From NCBI RefSeq assembly GCF_964355755.1, contig NC_092672.1:33300437-33364436 (forward strand): a DNA stretch of 64,000 bases. The letters run 5' to 3'. This DNA comes from Antedon mediterranea (taxonomy: Eukaryota; Animalia; Echinodermata). A program made the translations under genes and the position numbers. The notes under the pieces were generated by a model. That model saw only the letters and a list, made by a program, of their open reading frames with translations, did not search any database and was not told where the DNA came from. Positions 11,801 through 24,700 of the stretch are shown here, piece after piece (positions within the stretch are counted from its first letter, which is position 1; each line of letters begins with the position of its first letter).

Positions 11801-14800
11801 AGTCCATGGCTAAATAGATTAGGTCGAATAGGCAAAATCATGCGTCTCTCTATGATCAGTAGTTGACATTATTTGGGTCACTAAGTCACTATCTTTACTT
11901 CAAGCCAGCCAGTCATTTATTGGCAAATAAAAATATATACTTATTTAAGCCCAATATTATGATTCTATGCCCATTGGTTACCTCAAGGGTCAATACTGTG
12001 GTTTCCGGTCACTTTAAGACATATATATCGTTAAACAATTTAAGTCCAATTGCATGTCTCTACTACAAGTAGTAGAGCATACAAATATGAGCATACTAGA
12101 GTCAAAGGTCACAATTACGGAAATGGTGATTCCGGCCATTTTCTGAAAACTTTTGTATTAAAGTGAATAAAAATATGTTTTGAGAATTTTGACACTAAAA
12201 AGAACTTTCTTCCCACCCTTACCAGTTACTAAGGTATAGACTATGCATATATGCAAACTATTATTTTCATTATAGACTGGGGATCAAACCAACCAGACAA
12301 TTCGAATAATGAAGATTGTACTGAATTAAATACAGATGGCACATGGAATGATCAGTCGTGTACTGCCACGTCTCAGATCGCTGTCTGCGAAAAAGGTAGG
12401 CTTAATCGTATTTGGGTGCTGGGATGCTCTTGAAATGTACTTTTAAAACATAATCTGAAAATAATTAATTAATAATAAATCTGCTATTTGGCTTGTTGAA
12501 TAATTTCTAATTAAAATGAATTCTGAAATAAAGTTTAAATAAATTTTAATTTTCGTTAATTTGTACTTACGCGCGTTACAATATTACTGAAAAGAAATCA
12601 TAAAAAAACTATTGTAATAATTATTTAATTTATTTACACTCGTTCGCTTCAGTGGTCGGTTGTCCTGATGGTTGGGTGTTCTGGTTGGGTCATTGCTATC
12701 AGTATGTAGAAGGCACAGAAACGTGGTCTGCCGCTGAAACGGCTTGCAACAACTTGCACACCAACGGTTACTTGGTGACTATAGCAAATGCAGATGAGAA
12801 CAGGATTGTCACAGAAGAAATTGGTCTTGCAAATGATGCTTGGATTGGTTATACCGATTCTGTATCTGAGGGTACTTTTGTATGGTCGTCCTCTGGAAAA
12901 TGTTCTTCATTTGAAAGTAAGTTAGTAAAAAAAAAATAAAAGCACATATGTATACTGTACTTGCCAGGCGATAAAGAACGTGAAAGAGGTCCATTGTTAA
13001 CGCGACAGGAATATTAACATAAAATTAATTTTGCGAATTGTCATCTCTATTATAATAGCTTTCATTATGGTTAATGATTAACTGATCTCAACCAAAAGTG
13101 CAGAAATATGTCTATGTTTTTCAGCAAGAGTACATCTTATGCATCATAGGCAAAGAATGAGGTTAATGCAAATGTGTTTCTTATTTTGAATTTTTAGATT
13201 TTAATTCAAACGAACCAAATGGTGGTGTTAGTGAAAACTGTGTAGAAGTAGAAGCATCCTCAGATCAATGGAATGACTTGTCATGTTCCCAGACCATAGC
13301 ATATGTTTGCGAAATATGTAAGTGATTAATTCATTTGGACAAATTCAATTTGAACATTGTCAGTTTAGATGCGAGAAAAGCCACCTTCCTAACAAAACAC
13401 GAGACAAGAAACGTAGGCTGCTGCTATATTTAACTCTTGATTAATTGGTACAAAATTTGCTTTTACATTTCAGTTTCTGACAAGACCGAGCCATCATTTG
13501 GAGTCACTTGCCCTCACGACCAGATTCTCATCACAGAAGAGGACGAATTATCCATAGTAGTAACATGGACGGAACCAACGGCGACAGATGATCGGTGCAT
13601 TGATACCGTTGTGTCAAACTATAATTCTAGTGACACGTTCAGTACACTGTTGAATACTCAGACGGATACGACTGTTACATACACGGCTACTGACGTATCA
13701 GGCAATACAGCAACATGTTCTTTTGTAATTTCAGTTATATCAGGTAGGAAGTCAGTATTTTTAAAACGAAAAACAATTTTTAACGTAATTGACACGTAAA
13801 ATTATAAAATTCATTATACATTATTTGTGAGACGCTTAAAGTATAATTCATTCAACCCATAATATTTGATATGATTTTCAGCAGTTTTGTACAACCTTTT
13901 TAACAAAAATTTATTATTTTTATTTACGTTTCAATTTTAGATACAGAACCTCCAATTGCAGATTCTTATCCAGAGGATTTTGAAATTGAAATAATTGATG
14001 GTTTGGAATATGCTTTACCAACCTGGGCGACGCCAGTCTTTTCTGACTTGAGTGGAATTGCTAGCATAGATACCAATTCTGCATCTGGTGATAGCATGTC
14101 ATATACCGGTGGCGTCGTTCCTTACACTGTTACTTATACTGTTTTTGACAATGCTGGCCATAACACAACAGTGGAATGGGATATATTAGTTACTCGTAAG
14201 TTATATACCTATGGATAGAATTATATTACGTTTAACATAGTTGGTTTGGAGGGGGAGGGGCTGGAGTTGCGTCGTTCTGGAGAGCATTTTAAATACTATT
14301 TCTATTTATTGCAATGTATCTATAAAGAATAGATACGAAATAATAAAAAATGAACTATGAACTTTGCTTGTCCTCCAGTCATTACAACATAATAGCAATG
14401 TGCGTGTGTCTTTTTTTTCCTTAATTCAGTTTGTCCGACTGGATGGGCTTACTACGAGAGAAGTTGTTTCCTAATGGTAAGCGATGCAAACACTTACGCC
14501 AATGCAGCAGCAGCATGTCAGAACGCAGACGAGAACTCACAGTTGGCAACTATTGCTGGAGACGAAGAAAACACATGGATCGTAAATCAGCTAAATAGTG
14601 TACTAGGTTCGGGAAATTGGAATAATGGCGCTTGGATTGGCTATGATGACCGAACATCAGAAGGAACATTTGCCTGGGTTAGTCGGTTATTCGAAGAGGT
14701 ATCGGAATACACAAGTAAGATTGATTGATTTATAGAATATTGAATGAGTGAGGTACAGTACAAATAGGCATTTTAATCACCATAGAAAACTTAATACAAA

Positions 14801-16731
14801 ATTATACACAACACTGCACAGGGGAAAGTAACTAGACAATCTCTGTACATACATTCAGTTTTAAAATACTAAAATACACATTAAAAATAAAAATTATCTT
14901 TCACCTCAGATTGGTCTGGAAGTAACCCGGATGATCATAATAGTAATGAAGACTGTGTAGAGTTACTTCAAACTGGACTATGGAATGACCAAACATGTAC
15001 AGCTACAAGACCCGCTGTTTGTGAAATGGGTGCGATCTTTTTTTAGAAATTTTCGTTTGCTCTTATTTTTCACGTCTTAAAATATTTAATTTGTATAACT
15101 CATTTGACCTAACTTTTACTTCGTGTATTTGTAACAACCCGTTTAATAGAGAGAGAAATGGTTGTGGAAAAGAGTTCTCTTTTTGGAGCAACAAAACATG
15201 ACATAATGTATAATTATTGTGTATTTATTATTCATTAGCTGTTCGTTGTCCATCTGGTTGGATTACATGGCGGGGCAATTGTTACAAACACTTCAACACT
15301 CAAACGGGTTGGACCGATGCCAGTACTTCATGCGGAGAAAGCCAGTCAAATTCAAATTTAGTAATGATCTCTGACAGTGATGAAAACTCCATGATCTTAA
15401 ACCTTCTGGGGTTAAGTGAAAGCTCATGGATTAGTTACTCTGTTACAGTAACAGGAGGGACGTTTGTATGGGTTGATGGTGATGAATGTCCATCCTACGA
15501 AAGTAATTCGAAATTTCTTTTAAATTATTTGATGCAATTAAGTACTAAATTAGTATACTACACGTTTTACGATGGTTATGGTTGGTTTTATGGTTTTTGT
15601 AACATTTATTCAATCGATAATAGATAGATAGATAAATTAATTAAAAGCAAAAAAACATGAGTTCAAAGATTAACAAAAATACAGTTCGGGCTAAAACATT
15701 ACCCAGAATTAACATCTTTATAAAACTGTTCTGTTAGGGTCCTAAAAATGAAAGCGACAAAATTGTTCTTAGAATAGCTTAACTTTCCATAAGTTTTTGT
15801 TGCGTCGATAAAATAATGGTCTTTAATTTCCTAAATATAGTATTATAATTAACATTAACATTCTTTTTTGAGGCTTTTTTCTACGGTGGTAAATAACTTT
15901 AATAAAACTGCAAAATGGCAGATTCAAAGTCTGATTTTATTAATCTTCATTTTGCATAGTTTGAAAGGACAATACATGTTTCAAGTTAGCATTGGATAGA
16001 TGGTGTAGGCAGAAATATTTTAGACATTTCACTTGTAAATTCTATATTTAGTATGATTATTTTATCATGTTTATAGATTGGTATTCCGGCAACCCAGATA
16101 ATCATGGTTCAGGTGAAGATTGTGCTGAATTCTTGCTTCCTTCTGGTCAGTGGAATGATGCTACTTGTTCAGATTCAAAACACTATATATGTGAAATATG
16201 TAAGTATACTGACAGTGATGTTGGTACCAATGGATGTATTATTGAACAAATGGCAAGCATTTGGAAACATATTATTCTTTTATTTAAACTATAATTAAAA
16301 AATTACATATTATGCTCCGACAGATTTTCGGATTTAACACTAAATTAGTAACATTTGCAGTACAACTCAATAAAATGTTGTTAAATTTGTTTAGCTGAAT
16401 GTACGATATATTTTTTTGATATTTTTTTTAGAATAAAATTCTTTATTTATTTTGTGCCTTATAGCCGAAGACACTGAATCTCCAACTTATGGTGTAACAT
16501 GTCCATCCGACGTCTTACAATATTCACAATTGGCCTATGATTACGTAAACTTAGACTACACAGAACCGACAGCAACCGATAATGAATGTGTCGTGACAAC
16601 TGTGGGCAGCCACGCTCCCGGTGAGCAGGTTTATACAGGCGGTGCCGAGTTTGTTGACGTGTCGGTGTTGTATACAGCAACAGATAGAGCTGGGAATCAG
16701 AGAACTTGCTCATTTAACATACACATTCAAG
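4308..16731 (+). CDS. Gene A 5' block: multi-C-type-lectin/HYR array (CTL-HYR-CTL-CTL-HYR-HYR-CTL-CTL-HYR)
   Basis: Phase-1 GT/AG exons in one continuous frame: 4308(or about 4358)-4617, 5726-5848, 10212-10481, 11211-11489, 12276-12395, 12653-12916, 13198-13317, 13474-13743, 13941-14195, 14430-14714, 14910-15029, 15239-15502, 16077-16199, 16465-16731. CTLD motifs CPxGW, SCY, WIG, EPN/QPD/NPD, WND and VCE are present. HYR motifs CPxD, VTWxxP-A-D and VTY-A-D-AGN-C-F are present. The start MILLYVFLFIF may be a signal peptide or intron run-in. Confidence 0.85.
5973..6471. mobile_element. MITE with about 55-bp TIRs and 3-bp AAT TSD (PIF/Harbinger-related, tentative)
   Basis: Left AGGGAGGTTTCGCAACCTTACGAATACGATAACG matches the inverse of right CGTTATCGTATTCGTAAGATTGCGAAACCTCTCT. 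AAT flanks both sides. Confidence 0.75.
6743..8030 (+). mobile_element. Apparently complete non-autonomous Helitron (about 1.29 kb)
   Basis: 5' end TCTATATATAAA is preceded by A. The 3' end is a perfect 13-bp stem CTAGATGGTACGC/GCGTACCATCTAG (7994-8030) enclosing GCGAAGC and ending CTAG before T. The insertion lies between A and T with no TSD. Confidence 0.75.
8167..8319. mobile_element. Short MITE with CCCGGGG termini and 8-bp TSD
   Basis: Termini CCCGGGGG...TCACT and AGTGATCCCCCCCGGG. Direct repeat CCTTATCT at 8159-8166 and 8320-8327. Confidence 0.7.
10212..10481 (+). CDS. HYR (hyalin repeat) exon 1
   Basis: Encodes TCPSDVETVVPLGDTSATVTWTPPTFTDN...VTYVAYDRAGNPSETCAFTATVS, bounded by AG/GT. 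Confidence 0.85.
10535..10684. mobile_element. Harbinger-like MITE family B (AAGCGTGGTTCCCA...TGGGAACCAAGCTT)
   Basis: Inverted termini. Related copies at about 21827-22006 and 24158-24360, and partial copies at about 27339, 33446 and 59892-60002. Confidence 0.65.
11211..12395 (+). CDS. C-type lectin domain 2 (QPD/WND), two exons
   Basis: Encodes CPIGW...SCY...WIGYND, then WGSNQPDNSNNEDCTE...TWNDQSC...AVCEK. Confidence 0.9.
12653..13317 (+). CDS. C-type lectin domain 3 (EPN/WND), two exons
   Basis: Encodes CPDGW...HCY...WIGYTD. Exon 13198-13317 encodes NSNEPNGGVSENCVE...QWNDLSC...YVCEI. Confidence 0.9.
13474..14195 (+). CDS. HYR exons 2 and 3
   Basis: 13474-13743 encodes TCPHD...VTWTEPTATDD...VTYTATDVSGNTATCSFVI. 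13941-14195 encodes DTEPP...PTWATPVFSD...VTYTVFDNAGH. Confidence 0.85.
14430..16199 (+). CDS. C-type lectin domains 4 and 5 (NPD/WND), four exons
   Basis: Exons 14430-14714, 14910-15029 (SNPDD...WND), 15239-15502 and 16077-16199 (GNPDN...WND). Confidence 0.88.
16465..16731 (+). CDS. HYR exon 4
   Basis: Encodes DTESPTYGVTCPSD...YTEPTATDN...LYTATDRAGNQRTCSFNIHI. Confidence 0.85.
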
Positions 16732-17054
16732 GTAGATGATTTGATAATATTATTGTTATCAAACAGCATTATTTGTTATTACTGTCTGGACATTTAAAAG
16801 TGTACGATATGTCGACTTTCCCAATGCAACAGGTCAGGAAGGCACTTTATTCGTCCTCGACGGGCAAAAGTTACATCGAGTTGCCATCTTTCGACTGCAC
16901 CACCTTCCTTGCGCCAGAAATGTCTCTAGCGTCACGTATATTTATTCCTGCTTTTTGTGAAAAAATCAATCCAATTGAATTTCATGAAAACAGGACGAAG
17001 AGCGTTAGGGGATAATGTTATTTCTGATTGATTTACAATTTCTAATTTTAACAG

Positions 17055-17140
17055 AATGCCCGGATGGCTGGGAATTATGGGAGAGAAGCTGTTACTTATT
17101 TGACAATACAGGACGATCTTTTGATGATTCTAGAACCTTC
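17055..17140 (+). pseudogene. Truncated C-type lectin exon (CTLD6 N-terminal fragment)
   Basis: After the AG at 17053-17054 it reads ECPDGWELWERSCYLFDNTGRSFDDSRTF, then switches abruptly into repeat DNA with a stop four codons later. The rest of the domain is not found. Confidence 0.8.
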
Positions 17141-18786
17141 ATAAATAACCGATAAATATTTTTTAACGAAATTTTCAGTCACGTTTTCTTCACATCAATG
17201 GCTAACTTTTGCAATGTTTAACAAATTTTTGAACATTAGAAAGTTTTCGCGTAAACGGCGTTTGAAATATTTTACTCTTCTTATTTTGTGCACGCTGTTT
17301 CTCTTCGACGTGTAAACATAATATGTTGTAACTTGTTCAGCATTTAGACATTTTACTGAAGTTGTCCAGCCAAGCTTTTTGACGATGTCAGAGCCGCGTA
17401 GCGTAAGTTACGCGTCATTTTCTGAAAATCTTAAATTGATCATAACTTCAAAACAGATAAATATTTTTTAACGTCATTTTCAGCCACGTTTGCTTCACAT
17501 CAATTGTTAACTTTTTTATCGCTACCGAAATTTGTAACATTAAAAAGTGCGCGCGTAAATGGCGTTTGAAATTTTAAAATGCTTGAAATCAATTTCTGAT
17601 TAAATTAGAGCACGATTCAGGTCATTTTAAGCGTTTCATCATATGGCAATACAATTACGTGCGTAGAGCATATAACGCATGCGTACGCGCGCTTAAAATG
17701 TTCAAAATTGTCAGAATTTATTTTTGATGAAATTAGAGTACGTTTCAACAGGCAATTCTAAGCGTTTAAAAAATTACCATGAGTGCGCAGATTTTTGCAC
17801 GCGCACTGCGCGTCAAACGTTAATACGCACTTTTTTTGTCCGATTACTGTTGTATAACCTTTTTTTAATAATATCATCATATTTTATTCACTTTTCAACG
17901 CGAAACAGCGTTATACGAGCACGTCAAAAGTGACAGGCTACGCACGTGTAAGTTAACAAAATGGTGAAAATATGCTAAATTTTAAAATTAATATATATCG
18001 TTAGAATGCTCGGGAACACCTATTTTTTATTTCATTTTCTTGAAGTGTATGTATAATATGTATGATTTATTATAAAATTAGGAAAAAAAAAGTTGATTAA
18101 GTCATCATTAATCGCATATTAAATTTAAAAAAATTAATTTTGACAATCAAACAAATTATAACAGTTTCTTAAGCCGAAATAACAAACTTAACATTAACTT
18201 TCTTCTTTAAGAAGTTCATATATTAAAGTTAAAAGTATATAGTTTGACAGTGCATCATTTCTTTAAATTTTTAAAGATGTCATCATAGTAAAACATTATA
18301 ATTCATTGCGGTATGTAATAATCTATCTGCACCAACGTGGTTACTGCATAGTAAATACACGGAGGAATCTTTCTATAACTTTAGTCAGTTGTGTATGTCT
18401 CGGTGGTCTTTGCTCGTGTCTATAGCATTCAAGGTACCGAGTTCGAGTCTCACCTTGGGAAACAAAACAAAATAAGATTTTTTTTTATTATCCGTATTGT
18501 TTGTTCAATTGTATTTCTTAGTGTATAGATTATACACATGATTTATAATGAAATCTAAATAAAAACACAAATGTGGTTTATGACATTATATACGCAGAAG
18601 GATCTTTGATCGGATTATGATACCGGCTATTGTATTTGTGTTAGCAAGATCCTATAATATATTATAAATAACTAACGATTCTGAGAAAATCAATCAATCA
18701 ATCAATATATCTTAAATCAATCAATTATCTTTATTTAAATCAATGCATATAACCTATAATTCGTTATAGTGACGAATTAAATCTAG
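17141..18786 (+). mobile_element. Helitron-like element copy 2, 5'-truncated
   Basis: Same sequence, 3' hairpin and CTAG (18783-18786) as 1-1321. It has an internal repeat (about 17150 versus 17456) and ends about 12 bp before the next exon. Confidence 0.75.
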
Positions 18787-18798
18787 TTTTTTCTTTAG

Positions 18799-21700
18799 AT
18801 GCATGTCCGGATAACTCTGGGCTCTACCATGACGAACATTGCTACCAGTCATTTCATACAACAGATAGTTGGGACAACGCGTTGACGTCATGCAAATCAA
18901 TGGGAGCAACTTTGCCAACAATAACTTCCGAAAGCGATAACGGATTTGTATGTAATCTATTTAGGCCTACCATCTATAAACCAATAATATGGATTGGGTA
19001 TAATTTGAAAACCTCATCAAAATGGACATGGACCAGTAATAGTACATCAAACTACACCGGTACGTATGAACTCATGTTCACACACTAAATCTGTTATAAT
19101 TTAGTTATATATAAATATTCATACTATACATTACTTTTCTATTTGTTTTTTCTCCATAAAAGGAGGGGCGGGTGTGGGGGTGGTGTTGTCCATGTCCCAC
19201 CCCTGCATTGCACAGACTACACGGTGCAAATGTCGCAAATGTCGCAAATCACAATCAAAAGAGCACCTTAAAAAAGAGGAGGGTGAAAGGAGGGGCGGGT
19301 GTGGGTGTGGTAATTTCAATGTCCCACCCCTACATTGCGCAGACTACACGGTGCAAATGTCAAAATCAAATTTCTTCTTATTGTTTTTATCACATGCCTG
19401 AAATTCTTTTTCACAGCATGGGCGCCAAATGAACCGAGCAACCCCGGATATCAGTGTGCTGTGCTTGTTTGTGACATATATTATAATAATGGTGGCAATC
19501 CCATGAATGCGTGGACAAATTTAAATTGCCAGCTTGATGTGTTTTTTGTCTGCCAGAAAGGTAAAATTGAGTAATTAGGGCCTAAATTGAATTATGATAC
19601 CTCTAATATTATTAGGGGTAAGTTTTATACTGATAGTAAATTAACTGATATAATCAAGCTAAAACAAATATCAATAGAGTTTGACAGCGAAAGAGATGAG
19701 AAACCTTTCCCCGGCCCATTCCACCTATCCTTGTTAAACGGACAGAGAATAGAAGATTATACAAAAATATTAGGCCTACTTATTATATACAGTATATTCC
19801 AAATACAAGTAAGGGATCATGTCCAATAAATGTTTTATACCGCAGTTACTGCAGTAACTACATTTCGATTTCTCTTTAACCTGTTTATCACTATTTATTG
19901 CAGTGATAAACTTCTACCTTGAAACAAACTAAAGCTCTGTCCACACTATCAAACTTTATGTGAAAAAAATGTCACTTCACATCACACTTTTGTTGTCAAA
20001 ATAGTTTGATAGTGTAATCATAATTATTGCAGTAAAAATGCTGTGACTGACCTGCAGTTAGAATAATTTAGACATTTGGACATGATCTCTAATGCAATGT
20101 TTTCCCATTTAGCAATTCAACTTGATCCCGCTTCAACTGTGACGTCGGGCGAGCTGACAAACGCTTCACGTTCATTGTCTGTTACACACCAGAGTACAGG
20201 AGGTAAGTGTTTGTAGAATTGAAATCTTATCGTTCGTACCCCTCCCTGGTTCGTACCCCTCCCTGGTTCGTACTATTGTGATGCCCGCTATAGTTACACT
20301 CCGTTATGAATTATTGATTAATACAATAACGAAAAATTGCATAAATAACGAAGAAAGGTTTGTACTCCGGGTGCCGGTATAGTTATGGTATTATAACAAG
20401 CCAGTACGAATGAATTAAGCGGAGTTTTTTGTCAGAAGAATATTGACCAATTATACTATATAACTGATAACCACCAAACCCGATAACATCTGACAACAAA
20501 ACTACCCGCTGACAACAATACATCTCATGTGACCGTTTAAACATACACATAGTTGTATAGACATCTCAGCTACTAGGGTGTAGCTAAACATTAAGAACAA
20601 CAACGTAAACAATATTTTGACGTGATATGCTATTTTTCAGATGTATCATCCACAATGGATTTAATATCGACTTCTTCAAGCATACCATCTGATAGTACTA
20701 TTGACCAAAAATCTCAAGGTAGATTTGCGTTTAGTATACTATACATGAGGTGTGGCATTACAGTTCTGAGAGAAATCAGTATTAAAACACTTCATAAAAA
20801 AAACTCAAAACAATGGCGGGATAGGAAAACCTATCTTTGAAACAGTAGCTAAGATGTGACTTGATACTTATAAAGATTTACATAATAGGCCTGATATTGA
20901 TTTTTCAAAAACCAGTTGAGTTAGGCAAAAACGAAACGGCCTCTTTGACGTTCTACAGTGCCAGAACTGCTGATTTTCAATGCTTTGCTGCTCGTGGAGA
21001 TTTCTCATCTGAAAGCTTGGTTTACACTAGAACATACAGTTTGATTTCCATTTGTAACCATCACCATCGTGACGTAGGCGCAACGAAGGTGAAATGATCA
21101 ATATCACAAGCGACAATTCGTATGACCCATTACGTCGTGATTGACTCACTGCTTGTGCGGTGCGGCTCACTGCTTGTGCGGTGCGGCTACTTCCTTGCGG
21201 TGCGGCTATGTCCTTGCGGTGGGGCTACTTCCTTGCGGTGCGGCTATGTCCTTGCGGTGCGGCTATGTCCTTGAGGTGCGGCTATGTCCTTGCGGTGCGG
21301 CTATGTCCTTGCGGTGCGGCTATGTCCTTGTTGTGCGGCTACGTTATGGCGGTGCGGCTACGTCGTTGCGGTGCGGCTACGTCATTGCGTTGCGTCCAAA
21401 TGGAAACTTAATGAAAACGCAACTAACGCAATGGATCATCCAAAACTGTCACCTGTGATTGTTCAAATTTCTTTCGTCTGTTCTTACGTTCTGGGAATGA
21501 AGATTAATACACTTATGTTATTTTATCTCCTGTTATTTTTTGATAAGATGGATGTCAAGATATGTCTTGGGTTTTACATGAAGGGCATTGTTACCGGGCC
21601 TTCTACACGGAACATAGTTGGGACAATGCATTGTCACTTTGCGAACCAATGGGAGCAACTTTGACGACAATAACGTCTAAAAGCGATAACTAATTTGTAT

Positions 21701-24700
21701 GTAATCTATTTCTATCCATCTCAAAACCAATATGGATTGGGTATAATGCGAAAACATCATCAAAATGGACATGGACCAGTAATAGCAAATCAAACTACAC
21801 AGGTACCTAAATATTGTCACACATTAAAGCTTGGTTCCCACTAGAACGTACGCAAGGACGTAAACGCAACGCAAGCGTTTTAACCAATGACAATCAAAGT
21901 TATAGACAGTTAGCAATCACAAGCGAGTAAGCCATTGCTTGTGATTGGTCAATTCACTTGCGTTGCGTTACGTCCTTGTGTTGCGTCGCTAGTGGGAACC
22001 ACGCTTAAATACTTAACAATTTGTTTGTAATATAATATCAATCAATCAATCAAGTAAACATTTATTTCTTTCAAAATCAGATTAGATAAGAAACATTTCT
22101 TTCATTTTACAAATAAATTATGAGATAAACATTTCATATTTGTTAAAAGGGCACTAGGCTAGGCCTAAATGTTGAAAGGGTATGGGTGAAAAACTTCGAC
22201 GCTCCGATCCTGCAGTGTAACGGTATAGCAAATGTCACAACATTGCATCTTTTAACACTCACAACCCTACGCTTATTTATTTCCACAGCCTGGTTCCCAA
22301 ATGAACCCGGAGTAAATCAACAGCCGTGTGCTGCGCTTTTTTGTGATGCGCCTAGTGACAGTGCATGGATGGATTTACAATGCAGTTTTCATTACCAATA
22401 TGTCTGTCAGAAAGGTAACATTTTAATAATTAACTAAACTGAATCATATAAGCATATTCCTCTCCTTATTTGTAGACCTGTACTTATTTACTAATAGTAA
22501 TACTAATAAGTACTGGTATAATGAAGCTAAAACGTTATGTCATTACACGCGTTGATGTAGGACAATCGTACCCTTCCCATTGGTTAACCAGAAGCAAATC
22601 GGTTAATATGGGCAGTTCATTGCCCATGCGCAGTTGTTTTTACAGAATTACTAATTAACGAGTGCACCCGATGAACCGAATTGCTGAACTGTATACGAAA
22701 AATAATCTATCTAACCGGACTTTGGCAGATAATAATTATATAAAACGGAGAGAAGTACAACGCCGAAAGATCATTGTTTAACTATTATAGCTAGGCTTAC
22801 ATAGATCTCTATCCCTTTCCCCTATATTAGCTGAAATTGAGCCTACTTTAACTGTGACTAAAAGTAAACTCCTGACGAACACTTTGACTAAACCAACTGG
22901 TACACAACGCTTGTAACACATAAGAGTAAGTATTTTTAATAGAAGTAATACATGGATAGAAAGAGAGAATAATCTGTTACAATTATACGATACACTGTTA
23001 TTACATTTATTTAATATTTGGGTCCTTCTTTCTTCTCTTTAAAAAAAAAAAATACATATTTTGCTTCAATTGTCAATATTTTATCCAGCTAATAATTTGT
23101 CGAATGCAATTAATTTTAGAATAGTAAAACTGTATTTAAAGAAAAAATAAAATAAATGTTTTGATTTACTACATTTCAGAATTGTCCACAATGGATTTTA
23201 TATCGACTCCTTCAAAATTGTCTACAACTGACCAATCATCGCAAGGTATTATATGTTTGGATTATACATGCAACTTTATGGCATATATCAATGCTTCTAA
23301 AAATTGTGTAGTTAAAATTAAATAAATTATAAAAATGCTATTTATTTTTTTACGCGTATCGCTTTTATTTCAGATTTGTCAACAGTGGATTTTATTTCAA
23401 CGTCATCAAGTAAACCATCCACCACTGACCAATCATCACCAGGTAGGCACGGCTTTGGATTACGCACGTGGTTTTATTGCACGTCATGTCAATGCTACTA
23501 AAAATTGCGTACAGTAAAAAATTAAGAAGAAAAACATTGTATTTTATTATTTTTGGCGCGTACGCATTTCAGATTTGTCAACAGTGGATTTGATATCGAC
23601 GTCGTCAGGTAAACCATCTACTGCTGACCGATCATCACCAGGTAGGGATGTATTTAGATTATACTGCGGTTGTATCGACATCATTATTTCAATGCTTCTA
23701 ACATAAATGTGTTGTTAAACAATAAATATTAAGAAGAAAAACATTGTATTTTATTATTGTTTACGCGTACGCTATTTCAGATTTTTCAACAACGAATTTT
23801 ATATCGACGTCGTCAGGTAGACCATCCACCACTGACCAAACATCAACAGGTAGGCCTACATTTAGATTATATATGCGGTTGTATTGTCAATGCTTCTAAA
23901 AATGGTGCAGTTATAGAAATTAAGAAGAAAAACCACTATTATTTTTGGTACGCGTACGTTAAGCTACTCTTTCTACACTATCAAATTAGTTTGATAAAAA
24001 AAGTGTGATGTGCCCAAATATGTTGGTGATATGACATCGTCATGTCCATATATCGGCACATCACATTTTTTGTCACATAATGTTTTATAGTGTAGACAGA
24101 GCTTTAACAATGAATTTTATATCGATGTCATCATATAAACCACCTACTACTCTACTTAAGATTGGTTCTCACTAGCGACGCAACGTAACGCAATCTACGC
24201 GACGTAAGAAAATGCCCTTCCAATCATTGTGTTTGCACCCGCCTGCGTGAAATCAAACCTACGATGTTTTCAGTACTATTGCATCATCGGTTCCCACTTT
24301 TGATTATGAAATACAGCACGTCAATACGTCGTTGCGTTGCGTTCCAGGGGAACCATGCTTTATAAAAATCATCGCAAGGCGGTGATTTATAATGTTAAGG
24401 CGGAAAGAAAACGTTTATTTTTACATATAAATTTCAGTGTTTGCCCCGTTGGATTTCACGCCGACGACGCCCTGGCAATACACAACGTACCGCCGGTACA
24501 GAACTCAAACTGGTAAGTTATTATACCCATCATGTGATTTGTAAATGAAAATGGCAAAGTAAAGAAACGTATGCAGTTAAAATCAATAATATAGGCCTTA
24601 AGCTCTGTCTACACTATCAAACTAGTTGGTGTGATGTGCTCAAACATGGTAGGTAGTGATATGCTTAAATATGGTTGTGCTATGAAATCATCATGTCCAT

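Noticed and set aside
21141-21664. Cys-rich ORFs in three frames
   Set aside because: They are produced by a 19-bp minisatellite, and the same peptide cycles through the frames.
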